Source of the DNA: Phycisphaerae bacterium
Lineage (GTDB): Bacteria > Planctomycetota > Phycisphaerae > UBA1845 > Fen-1342
NCBI GenBank assembly: GCA_963675745.2
Contig: CAXXWX010000010.1
Span: 64,001-128,000 of the forward strand
DNA: 64,000 nt
Direction: 5' to 3'
Each line of letters begins with the position of its first letter. Positions within the stretch are counted from its first letter, which is position 1. The translations under genes and the position numbers were made by a program. Under the pieces are notes generated by a model. The model was not told where the DNA came from, did not search any database, and was given only the letters and a program-made list of their open reading frames with translations. This document shows, piece by piece, positions 40,729 to 50,370 of the stretch.

Positions 40729-42137
40729 TCTCTGTGCGAGTCATGCTCGCCGCCGCCCGGCAGCAGTAACTCGAATCCTACTCGACCTGGCTCGTTGGTG
40801 GCCAATCGGAGCGAGCCGCCGTGCGCCGCCGCTATGTTGCCGGCAATCGCCAATCCGAGCCCCGTGCCGCCGGGCTTGGTCGTGAAGAAGGGCTCGAAGA
40901 TCTGCGTGGAGAGGTTCTTGGCGATGGGCTCACCTGTGTTTATGACGCGGAAGGCGACACCGCTCTGAGGCATGGTCTCGGCCAGCAATACGACCTTCCC
41001 CGAGGTGCCGGCGGCCTCTACTGCGTTCAGTGTCAGATTCAGCAACGCCTGATGTACCTGAAAGGCATCGAACTCGGCTTCGAAATCCCCGTCAACCTGA
41101 ACGTCCACGTCGACCATGAGCTCGTCCGCGCGGGGCCGCGCCAGCCCGCGTACATACTCCAATGTCGTTCGGACCGAAGTGGGCTGAAGCAGCGGCGGCT
41201 TCCGCCGGGCATAGCTGAGAAACTCATCCGTGAGCCGCCCCAGCCGACTCGACTCCTTCTCGATAATCTCGCACATCTCATCCCGCACCGGAGGTTCGAA
41301 CTGGCACTGCTTCGCAGTCGCAACGGCGCTCGTGATCATCGCGACCGGGTTGCGAACCTCATGGGCGATCGCGGCGGAGAGGCGTCCAACCGCCGCCAGC
41401 TTCTCCTGCTCGACCAGACGATCGCGCGTCTCGGCCAGTTCGCGCAAGCTGCGCCGCAGCGCCTGTTGCTTCTCCCGGAGACGCCGCGCGACCAGGTGAA
41501 CGAAAATGGCAACCGCCGCGTACACCAGCACGACGGTGGCGGCTTCGAACATCTCGGCCGTCCGCGCGCCTTCGGGGAACTTGGCGTAGTGCATCCGGAC
41601 CTCGAGGAGGGTGTTCGCGCTGGCGATCAGCGTGATGGCGGCCGTTCCGAGCCAGCCAAAACGAAAGGCCGCCGTGATTGTCGGCAGGACGAATAAGACG
41701 ACGTAGTGACTATGTTCAAGGCCCGAGGCCAGTGATGCGGCCGACGCGAACGCGAGGTGGGCGACCACGGTGCCCACGCCGTACGTGCGAGTCAGAGCCG
41801 CCGACAGCGGACGCGTCCAACCCTGTAGCCATACCAGTTCCAGCGTCTGCCAGGCGAATCGCCCGGCGAACAACCCGACAATCAATGCGGAGGGCTTACC
41901 CGGCTGCGACTGAAAAAGCACATGGATGACGACGAGCGCGGCCAGGATCAACAAATTGAGCAGGATGAACACCGATTCCTGGCTGCGGATCTCGTCGAAC
42001 AAATCCACCGCACCAGTTTCAGCGCGGATGCGTCCCGGCGGATCGACCGTACCGCCGGCCGCTGGTTCTGCGTCGGCGAGGGTTTCGTGCTGCAAGCTGA
42101 CCGGGCCTTTCGCGGGTTCCGACATGCGGGCGAGCAT
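40725..42137 (-). CDS. Membrane sensor histidine kinase
   Basis: Several TM helices, AHEVRNP, FFTTKPGGTGLGL; its stop overlaps the regulator ATG. Confidence 0.93.
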   Translation of the reverse strand: MLARMSEPAKGPVSLQHETLADAEPAAGGTVDPPGRIRAETGAVDLFDEIRSQESVFILLNLLILAALVVIHVLFQSQPGKPSALIVGLFAGRFAWQTLELVWLQGWTRPLSAALTRTYGVGTVVAHLAFASAASLASGLEHSHYVVLFVLPTITAAFRFGWLGTAAITLIASANTLLEVRMHYAKFPEGARTAEMFEAATVVLVYAAVAIFVHLVARRLREKQQALRRSLRELAETRDRLVEQEKLAAVGRLSAAIAHEVRNPVAMITSAVATAKQCQFEPPVRDEMCEIIEKESSRLGRLTDEFLSYARRKPPLLQPTSVRTTLEYVRGLARPRADELMVDVDVQVDGDFEAEFDAFQVHQALLNLTLNAVEAAGTSGKVVLLAETMPQSGVAFRVINTGEPIAKNLSTQIFEPFFTTKPGGTGLGLAIAGNIAAAHGGSLRLATNEPGRVGFELLLPGGGEHDSHRE

Positions 42138-42437
42138 CGCCGGAGCGCCCTGGTTGTCAAGCCATCCAGACCCGGTTTTGGGTACCTCGCACGACGATCG
42201 CGTAGCCTCACGTCTTGCGCCGCAGCCTTGAAACGTGGTTCCAAGCGGCGCGTTTTCCCTCCCGCCTTCCCTCAGACTGGCGTTATTGGCTTGATCCCGT
42301 CACGGCCGCAAGGCGGTGTTCAGCGGTCGGCGAGTGTGTTAGATTTCTGCCACGGCGCGGCAAGTGGCCACTGGTCGCCGCCTCGCCAATGTCCCCGGTC
42401 CCGAGCCCACTTCGAAGTCACGTGAGGACACCTGGCC

Positions 42438-45400
42438 ATGACCTCCATTTCCAGCAGCGCCTTCATCACCGCCGTCGCGTTCGCCACGATCACTCTGCTT
42501 GGGGCCGGCTACGCCGCAACCGGTCGGCAGGGCCAGGCCGGCGGACATGAGTACAACGGAGCCTACGTCGGCGCGCACCTCAACCGCGTCGCATTCCCCA
42601 TCGGCGGCATCGGTGCCGGAATGGTCTGCCTGGACGGGACCGGCTCGATCTCGCACGTCTCCGTTCGAAACCAGATGCAGTTCTTCAACGAGCCGCATTC
42701 GTTCGCCGCCATTTGCGTCCGAGGGCCCGACGGCAACACAGCCAAAGTTCTTGAAGGGCCCGTGCCGGACTGGAAGGTCTTCGGCGGCGCCGCGACCGGC
42801 AACGGGGCGGCGGGCACGACGTACGGGTTGCCGCGTTTCGACGAGGCGACGTTTTTGCCGCGTTTTCCGTTCGGCACGGTGACGCTCAGCGATAAGGAGA
42901 TCCCACTCCAGGTGGAGTTGACCGGCTGGAGCCCGTTCCTGCCCGGATGTGCTGATGACTCGAGCTTACCCGTCGGAGCGCTTGAGTATCGCTTCAAGAA
43001 CGCCGGCCGAGAGACCGTCGAAGCCGTCTTCTCGTACAACACCAAGAACTTCATGGCCACCGGCGGCAGCGGCGACACCATCCTGCCGATCGACAACGGC
43101 TTCGTGCTCTGGCAGGCCGGTACCGAAGAAAACCCGGAACACGAAGGCGGATACGCCGTGTTCGTCGACGATGCCAAAGCCGTCGTGGATCATTGCTGGT
43201 TCAAGGGCGGCTGGTGGGACGCGGTGACGCTCGCCTGGCGGAACGTCCAGGAAGGGCGACTCGTGGACAACCCGCCGCAGCAAGGGCGATGTCCGGGCGC
43301 ATCGCTGTTCGTGCCGTTCACACTGCGACCGGGCGAGGAGCGCACCGTTCGCCTGATGATCGCCTGGTATGTTCCTCGCACGACGTTGCGTCTCGGGCGC
43401 GACGCGCCCGGCCCGGCGTTTGCCCCCGGACCGTCGCACGGCACCGCGACAGGCCAGCAGGAAGTCACCGGATTTGTCGGCGCGGGACTGGTCAACACGT
43501 TCGATCCGTCGGGCGACGAGGCGATCGGTACACTGACCTCACCCGTGTTCGAGCTGACGCGCGACTACATTCAGTTCCTCATCGGCGGCGGAAGCCACAG
43601 CGGCAAGACTTGCATCCAGGTGCTGATCGGCGACGAAGTCGTCCGCTCCGCCACGGGCAGGAACACCGAGGGGCTGGAATGGACCACGTGGGATGTCGCC
43701 GATCTGAAGGGGAAGCGCGCCCGCATCCGTATCGTCGACCAGGAACGCGGCGGCTGGGGGCACGTCAATGTCGACCAGATCGTGCTGACCAACAAGCGCT
43801 GGCTCGATGCCGACGAGCTTATGAAGAGCAAGGCCGCATGGGATGACACCGTCACGGTGCTGGCTGATTTCGAGGCCGCCGATTATGGCGAATGGGTCGC
43901 GGAAGGGCCGGCGGCGCCGGATGCGACCACGTGCTGCCCGGTCGCGGAGCATCACTCGCCCTGGTACGCCGGCCGCTTCAAGAGCATCAACGAAGTCGCG
44001 AAGTACTGGCGTGATGACTATGACCGGCTGCGCCGCGAGTCGGCACTGTTCCGTGACACGTTCTATGACACGACGCTGCCCGCCGAAGTGATCGAGGCAG
44101 TGGCCGCCAACCTGACGATTCTCAAGTCGCCGACCGTGATGCGACAAACCGACGGTCGCCTGTGGTGTTTCGAAGGGTGCAGCGACGATCACGGCTGCTG
44201 CCACGGCTCGTGTACGCACGTCTGGAACTACGCCCAGGCCATTTGCCACCTGTTTCCCGACCTGGAACGCTCGCTGCGTCAGACCGAGTTCCACGAGAGC
44301 CAGGACGAGCGCGGGCACCAGATGTTCCGTTCCTGCCTGCCGATCCGGCCCGTCGCCCACACGTTCCACGCCGCCGCCGACGGCCAGCTCGGCGGAATCA
44401 TGAAGGTCTACCGCGAGTGGCGCGTATCGGGCGACAGCGCCTGGCTGCGGGCAATCTGGCCACAGGTCAAACAAAGCCTCGACTATTGCAGCAAGACTTG
44501 GGACCCGCGCGGGCGCGGCGTTTTGGAAGAGCCGCACCACAACACGTACGACATCGAATACTGGGGCCCGGACGGCCATTGCTCGAGCTTCTACCTGGGA
44601 GCCCTGACCGCCGCGATCGAAATGGGTTCGTTCCTCGGCGACGACGTGTCACACTATCGCACGTTGCTGGACAACGGCCGCGCGTTCATGGAAACGAAGC
44701 TCTACAACGGCGAGTATTTCTACCAGCAGGTGCAGACCGAGGGGCTCGACGCGAAGTTCGACGCGCTCGATGTGTCGGCCAACGGGCCCGGCTACGGCGA
44801 GATCATAGCCGCGCTCAACGAGCAGGGGCCGAAGTATCAGTATGGCACCGGCTGTCTTTCGGATGGCGTGCTCGGCTTCTGGATGGCGCGGGTCTGTGGC
44901 CTGGATCAAGACATTGTCGATGCGGCGAAGGTGCGCAGTAATCTGCTGGCGATTCACCGCTACAACCTGCGGCGTGACCTCTCCGATCACGCCAACCCGC
45001 AACGGCCCGCGTTCGCCCTCGGCCGCGACGGCGGCCTGCTACTGTGTACGTGGCCGCACGGCGGCACGCCGGCATTGCCGTTCGTGTACAGCGACGAAGT
45101 CTGGACCGGCATCGAGTACCAGGCCGCCGCGCACATGATGATGGTCGGCCTGGTCGACGAGGGTCTGGAGATCGTCCGCATCGCGCGCGACCGCTACGAC
45201 GGCCGCGTGCGCAACCCGTTCAACGAGTACGAGTGCGGCCACTGGTACGCGCGGGCGCTGTCGAGCTATGCGCTGCTGCAGGGACTGACCGGCGCACGCT
45301 ACGACGCGGTCGACAAGATTCTGTACATAGACTCGCGCATCGGCGACAGCTTCCGCAGCTTCCTCGCCACCGCGACCGGCTTCGGCACAGTTGGCCTGGA

Positions 45401-45539
45401 GCGCGGCAAGCCGTTCCTCGATGTGAAGCGCGGGCACATCGACGTGGAGAAGGTACTCGTCTCTGGCCGACCGAGTTCGCTGAAAATGAGCCAGGGGATG
45501 GCGGCGCCAGCGACGCGCCCTGGGGAGCCCGGTCGGTAA
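42438..45539 (+). CDS. GH116-family glycoside hydrolase with an inserted beta-sandwich module
   Basis: FPIGGIGAG, GSCTHVWNY, AADGQ, HHNTYD, SDEVWTGIEY, RNPFNEYECG..Y.RA. Confidence 0.88.
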   Translation: MTSISSSAFITAVAFATITLLGAGYAATGRQGQAGGHEYNGAYVGAHLNRVAFPIGGIGAGMVCLDGTGSISHVSVRNQMQFFNEPHSFAAICVRGPDGNTAKVLEGPVPDWKVFGGAATGNGAAGTTYGLPRFDEATFLPRFPFGTVTLSDKEIPLQVELTGWSPFLPGCADDSSLPVGALEYRFKNAGRETVEAVFSYNTKNFMATGGSGDTILPIDNGFVLWQAGTEENPEHEGGYAVFVDDAKAVVDHCWFKGGWWDAVTLAWRNVQEGRLVDNPPQQGRCPGASLFVPFTLRPGEERTVRLMIAWYVPRTTLRLGRDAPGPAFAPGPSHGTATGQQEVTGFVGAGLVNTFDPSGDEAIGTLTSPVFELTRDYIQFLIGGGSHSGKTCIQVLIGDEVVRSATGRNTEGLEWTTWDVADLKGKRARIRIVDQERGGWGHVNVDQIVLTNKRWLDADELMKSKAAWDDTVTVLADFEAADYGEWVAEGPAAPDATTCCPVAEHHSPWYAGRFKSINEVAKYWRDDYDRLRRESALFRDTFYDTTLPAEVIEAVAANLTILKSPTVMRQTDGRLWCFEGCSDDHGCCHGSCTHVWNYAQAICHLFPDLERSLRQTEFHESQDERGHQMFRSCLPIRPVAHTFHAAADGQLGGIMKVYREWRVSGDSAWLRAIWPQVKQSLDYCSKTWDPRGRGVLEEPHHNTYDIEYWGPDGHCSSFYLGALTAAIEMGSFLGDDVSHYRTLLDNGRAFMETKLYNGEYFYQQVQTEGLDAKFDALDVSANGPGYGEIIAALNEQGPKYQYGTGCLSDGVLGFWMARVCGLDQDIVDAAKVRSNLLAIHRYNLRRDLSDHANPQRPAFALGRDGGLLLCTWPHGGTPALPFVYSDEVWTGIEYQAAAHMMMVGLVDEGLEIVRIARDRYDGRVRNPFNEYECGHWYARALSSYALLQGLTGARYDAVDKILYIDSRIGDSFRSFLATATGFGTVGLERGKPFLDVKRGHIDVEKVLVSGRPSSLKMSQGMAAPATRPGEPGR

Positions 45540-45858
45540 TGCAGGCGCCGGTCAATCGCCCGCGTCAACGCTTGAGCTTCTATCGAGGAGATCTCCTGGT
45601 GGGTGTGTCTCGCCGAGCGGCCCGCAATCACCGAATGCGCGAGATCAGACTGTTGAAAACGGGCCGCCCGAGGTGTGTGGCGTTGGTCCGATTGGCGAGC
45701 TTGGCGAGATTCCCGGTATCACGTCGTCACCACGGCTGAGTCTCATCGCGCGCTTTGGAATCGCCTTTGATGATGGCATGGATTTCGGCAGGCGGCACGA
45801 CCACGCCTTCAGCGAATCACCGCGGTTCGCTTTTCCCTCTCCCCATTCACCCCGTCTG

Positions 45859-45886
45859 TTGCACAGCAATTTGACAACGCTACACT
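45859..45886 (+). promoter_or_regulatory. Sigma-70-like promoter of tRNA-Thr
   Basis: TTGCAC-N16-TACACT ending 9 bp before the tRNA. Confidence 0.55.
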
Positions 45887-45895
45887 TAGTCCATC

Positions 45896-45968
45896 GCCAC
45901 CGTAGCTCAATTGGCAGAGCAGCGGTTTTGTAAACCGCAGGTTTTCGGTTCGAGTCCGATCGGTGGCT
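45896..45968 (+). tRNA. tRNA-Thr(TGT)
   Basis: Acceptor gccaccg/cggtggc, anticodon arm gcggt-ttTGTaa-accgc, T-loop ggttcgagtcc. Confidence 0.96.
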
Positions 45969-46217
45969 ATCCTGCCGTACGCCGCGCCGGTTTGCTCGGC
46001 TTCGGGCTCAGATTGCCGGGGCCATTGCCGGGCGTCTGCGGGGGCGCGTTTGGGGAACGTACAACTTGAACGCAACGCCCCGACGTCCCTGTTCCAACGC
46101 AACTTACTCTCGGTCTTATGGTCCCATCTCAATCCGTATGCCGTCACCGGATCGGCGTGCCATTGTTGCTCCAGAGCTCATTTGGCGTGCTGGAGATTGG
46201 TGCGTTGTCATCAACAG

Positions 46218-46625
46218 TCAAGTTGGAGGGCATGAGTCGTCCACTTCACCACTGTCCATACCCCGTAGATGCTGCTCGACTTCCTCCGCGAACGAATACG
46301 GATTAATGGGTTTCTCGATATAGCCGTTGCAGCCGGCTGCAAGAATCCGCTCGCGATCCCCAGCCATGGCGTACGAGGTGACCGCGACGATGGGGATTCC
46401 GTCGAGGCCCGGGTTGCTGCGCAGGGCGCGCGCCACGGCGTAACCGTCCATCACGGGCAATTGTATGTCCAGCAGGATCAAGGCCGGCATGATCTCGCTC
46501 GCCAACGCGATGCCCTCGCGACCGTCCCGGGCCGGGACAACCTCATGACCGTTCTTCTCGAGAATCCGAGTTACCAGGTAGAGATTCTGCTCATTGTCTT
46601 CGACGACCAGGATGCGATGAGCCAT
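46218..46625 (-). CDS. Single-domain response regulator (DivK-like)
   Basis: ILVVEDN, LLDIQLP.MDG, AVTSYAM, YIEKP. Confidence 0.92.
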   Translation of the reverse strand: MAHRILVVEDNEQNLYLVTRILEKNGHEVVPARDGREGIALASEIMPALILLDIQLPVMDGYAVARALRSNPGLDGIPIVAVTSYAMAGDRERILAAGCNGYIEKPINPYSFAEEVEQHLRGMDSGEVDDSCPPT

Positions 46626-49600
46626 CACATACTCCCCGTGTTTGTCACCGGAATCGCAAAAGTGAACGTGCTGCCGATGCCCCACTCGCTGTCGACTTCA
46701 ATGTTGCCGCCGAGCATCTCGACCAATTTCCTGCAGATCGACAGTCCCAGACCGGTCCCCTCGGCCTTGCGGGACAGTCCGTTGTCGAGTTGGTGGAACG
46801 AATCGAAAAGGCGGCGCATATTCTCGCGTTTGATGCCGATGCCGGTATCGGTGACGCGTGTCTCCAGGCGATCTCCTTGAATGGCGCAGGTGATTCGCAC
46901 GCTGCCTCGTTGGGTAAATTTGATGGCGTTGTTGACCAGGTTGATCAGGATCTGCTCGACGCGCCGCGCGTCGCTGCAAATCCGCTCGACGCCCGGCGCC
47001 ACGGCGCCTTCCAGCGTCAACCCTCTCTTGTCAGCCAGCGGTTGCAGGGTTTGTACGACCCGGTCCACGATCTCGGACACATCAAACGGCTCGATACGCA
47101 GTTCCACCGCCCCGGCTTCGATCCTGGACAGGTCGAGGACGTCGTTGATCAGACTCAAGAGGTGCTTGGCACTGCGCTCCACCATGCCCATCTGTGTGGC
47201 CTGTTCCTCGTTGAGCGGGCCGTCAAACTCCTGCAACAGCATCCCCGTGAAGCCGATGATCGAGTTCAGGGGCGTGCGCAGCTCATGTGACATTGCCGCC
47301 AAAAACGCTGATTTGAGCCGGTCGGATTCCTCGGCCCGGTCCTTGGCAACCGCCAGTTCCGCCGTGCGCTCCTCCACCAGATCCGCGAGATGTTCACGAT
47401 GCCTCGTCAGCTCCTCCTCCGCCAGCTTGCGCTGTGAGATGTCTGTGACGAACGCGAGTAGCAGCTCCTCTCCGTCAAACTCGAAGTAATTCGTCGTTAT
47501 CTGTACGGGAAACACGTGGCCGTCCTTGCGGCGATGGCGCGACTCGAAGTCCAGCACGCGGGCGTCTTTCAGTTTCCGCCACCCCGCGGACCAGTAGTCG
47601 GCCGGCCAGTCCGGATCGAAATCGGGAACGGACAGGCTGAGCAGCTCTTCCTTCGTGTATCCCAGTTGTAGACACGTCGCCTCGTTCGCGGCCGACAGGC
47701 TGCCATCCGGGCGAATCAAGTAAATGGCCGTGCCGCAGTTGTCAATGGCGTACTGGGTCAAACGCAGCGCCTGCTCCGCCCGCTTCGCGTCATCGAGCAG
47801 GTTCAGGGCAGCCTTCCGCTGCGACTCAAGCTCCCCCTGTTTTCGCCGCAGCGCTGCCAGGCTGTTCTCCGCCCGCAGCCTGGCGACGCCCAACACGCCC
47901 GACACTTCCGCCACACTGGTTAGAAACGACAGTATCGGCGACAGCCGCTCGGCCGTAATCACCGGCGCCTCGCGCACGGCGCGGAGGTAGTCGCTCTCGT
48001 CGAAACCGTATTCCCGCGCCTGCGAACGGAACATCTCCTCATCCGGTTCGCTGCTGTGGAACTGCCCGACGAAGGCGTTGGCGACGTGACGTCCTTCCAC
48101 CATGATGGGCGCCGCGGCGTCCGTCATTCCGTTGCGACATTGGTACACCGCGTACGGCTTGCCTTCCTGGACCAGGTTGGCGAGGCAGGTGTCGCTCTCG
48201 ATGCACCTGCTGCAGGTGGCCTCGTTCACTCGGTGGTAGTCCGTGCAGACCCGCTGCCAGTTGGCGCTGCACAGCACGCTCCCATCCAGGTCAATGATGG
48301 CCGACGAAACGCCGACGACCTTGCAGAAGCTATCGAGGACGTGCTGCAGGGCGGTCACGTTGAGCCAGTTCTTGAGCTCCGTACCCACGGCACCGGAGGG
48401 TGGCGCGGGCGGCCTCTCCGGGTCGGCCGGCCTCTCCGGGCTCTTGTCGTAGACCGGCCCTCGGCCCAGTTCGACGGACAGCGCGTTCACCTCTTCCTTC
48501 ATCTCCAACAAGCGTTCTTCGCGCCCGACCATCGCCCGGTTGAAAGCGGCGAGATCCTCCTCGGCCTTCCTGCGCTTGGTGATGTCTCGCCCCGATTCGA
48601 TGATCTGAACCACGTTGCCGTTCTCGTCGAAGACCGGCACCGCGACCAGCTCGACCGTAGCGGGTTTGCCGCCGACCTCATGGTGGACGTGCTCCACCAC
48701 GACTGAGGCCTTCGTCGCTATGACTTCTTCGAGCGGGCAGGGTGATTGGCTGCCGCGACACGGAGTCTCGCTTCCATGGCACAGTTGATGGCACTTGATG
48801 CAGGAAGAAAGCGTCTCGCCCGTGGCGCACCGGCTACGTAATATGCGGTTGGCCATTGCGATTGTGTGGTCGCGATTGATGACCATCAGGCTTTCGGGCA
48901 GACCGTCGATGACGGTCTGCATCACGGCCGCGGCACGCTCGCGCTGCTCGCGCGCCAATACGGACTGCGCCAGTCGCGCTTTCAGACGCACCATCCGCAA
49001 CGAAAAGAGAACGATCAGGATCATCAGGAGAAAGATGCTGAGCAGCCAGAGTCCGTACTGGCGCAGCATATTGCTCAGCGTGACTTTCCCGTAGTCCTCG
49101 TAGGGAGACACACGGAGGTCCATCAGGCATTCGCGGACGGATTGGTAGCTTTGAGGGATAGTCCAACCTCCGCACTGGGCGGCCTGAGCCGCCGGGCTCT
49201 GCGCCGGCATTTGCAGCAAGGCGACGGTGACCTGCTCGGCCAGACTGTCCCGGGTGTATGGCGATTTGGCCATTGGCCATTCCGGGTAGTGCGGCGTGGA
49301 GTGTATGAACTTGACTTCCCCGTCGCAGCCCTCGTGACGCATCAGGATCCGAAAGTCGTCCAGCCGGATGCTTCCCTCGTGCGCCATTCGCTCCAGAGTA
49401 TCGCTGCGCACGCAGCCCGCATCGACTTCCCCGTCACTTACCGCGTGGACGACGGCGTCGTGGGTGCCGCCAAAACGCAGTTCCGCGAAAGCGCTGTGTG
49501 GGTCGATGCCGCGCCGTTTGAGCTCACGCCACACCATGTGCCAACCGCCGAGCGAGCGCGGATCGACTGCCATAAACACGCGGTTGTTCAGGTCTTCGAT

Positions 49601-50215
49601 TTGCTGGAGGTCATCGCGGTCGGCACGACAGAAGATAACCCCGGCAAAGAACTTGTGCGTCGTACCGGATGAATGCAGATTGCGCAGCGTGGCGATGCGC
49701 CTGGCGCCGAGGCGAACCTCCATGTCGACGTAGTAGGAGGGGTTTGCCAGAAAGAACTCCACTTCCTCTCGAATCACTGCGTCGCGAATCTCGTCGAATT
49801 CGAGCGGGACAATGACAAACCTGTGGTCGGGGATAGCCGCGGAGAGATACTCGGCCGTAGGCCCCCATTGCGTGAGACACCGCGCACTCCCCCGTTTGGC
49901 AAGCACTCCAATCCGGACGGGCTGATCCGGCCGCTCAGCTTTCGCAGCGTCCTCTTGTCCAAGTGCGCATGCGTGACTCAATGCGAGGCAAACCGCGGCG
50001 GACAGCACCGTGGCTCTCGTCCTCGTACGATTCGATGGCGATCCCACGAGTCTCTCCGTATGAGCCGCCGCGCGCGGACAAACGGTCGAGCATTTGGTGT
50101 GGGCCGAGAGGGTCTCGGCCGGGAACTCGCCTGGTCCCTGACCGATCTTCGGTCCCGCATCCCCACAGCAAGGCTGAATCTCAAATGTGGACACCGAATC
50201 GCGCATGTGCGTCAT
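46625..50215 (-). CDS. Sensor kinase: PhnD-like binding domain, TM, PAS, PocR, PAS, HisKA, HATPase (start uncertain)
   Basis: Periplasmic-binding motifs (GGTHDAVV), PocR-like NWQRVC..YHR...C...D...YQC.NG, SHELRTPLNSI, GTGLGL. Confidence 0.88.
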   Translation of the reverse strand: MTHMRDSVSTFEIQPCCGDAGPKIGQGPGEFPAETLSAHTKCSTVCPRAAAHTERLVGSPSNRTRTRATVLSAAVCLALSHACALGQEDAAKAERPDQPVRIGVLAKRGSARCLTQWGPTAEYLSAAIPDHRFVIVPLEFDEIRDAVIREEVEFFLANPSYYVDMEVRLGARRIATLRNLHSSGTTHKFFAGVIFCRADRDDLQQIEDLNNRVFMAVDPRSLGGWHMVWRELKRRGIDPHSAFAELRFGGTHDAVVHAVSDGEVDAGCVRSDTLERMAHEGSIRLDDFRILMRHEGCDGEVKFIHSTPHYPEWPMAKSPYTRDSLAEQVTVALLQMPAQSPAAQAAQCGGWTIPQSYQSVRECLMDLRVSPYEDYGKVTLSNMLRQYGLWLLSIFLLMILIVLFSLRMVRLKARLAQSVLAREQRERAAAVMQTVIDGLPESLMVINRDHTIAMANRILRSRCATGETLSSCIKCHQLCHGSETPCRGSQSPCPLEEVIATKASVVVEHVHHEVGGKPATVELVAVPVFDENGNVVQIIESGRDITKRRKAEEDLAAFNRAMVGREERLLEMKEEVNALSVELGRGPVYDKSPERPADPERPPAPPSGAVGTELKNWLNVTALQHVLDSFCKVVGVSSAIIDLDGSVLCSANWQRVCTDYHRVNEATCSRCIESDTCLANLVQEGKPYAVYQCRNGMTDAAAPIMVEGRHVANAFVGQFHSSEPDEEMFRSQAREYGFDESDYLRAVREAPVITAERLSPILSFLTSVAEVSGVLGVARLRAENSLAALRRKQGELESQRKAALNLLDDAKRAEQALRLTQYAIDNCGTAIYLIRPDGSLSAANEATCLQLGYTKEELLSLSVPDFDPDWPADYWSAGWRKLKDARVLDFESRHRRKDGHVFPVQITTNYFEFDGEELLLAFVTDISQRKLAEEELTRHREHLADLVEERTAELAVAKDRAEESDRLKSAFLAAMSHELRTPLNSIIGFTGMLLQEFDGPLNEEQATQMGMVERSAKHLLSLINDVLDLSRIEAGAVELRIEPFDVSEIVDRVVQTLQPLADKRGLTLEGAVAPGVERICSDARRVEQILINLVNNAIKFTQRGSVRITCAIQGDRLETRVTDTGIGIKRENMRRLFDSFHQLDNGLSRKAEGTGLGLSICRKLVEMLGGNIEVDSEWGIGSTFTFAIPVTNTGSM

Positions 50216-50370
50216 GTCCGACACCCCCTTGCGGCTCGACTCCAGTTCATCGTCGATCGGCTCGACAGGGCGAGCCGCCGGCACTTCCTACTCGAATGCT
50301 GCAACCGCCAGGGGGCAGGGGAGTCGCCGGACCGAATCGTGCTATGCAACGCAAGCGTGCACGCCGTGGT

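Noticed and set aside
45646..45660. IS-end-like cagactgttgaaaac
   Set aside because: No partner repeat or transposase found.
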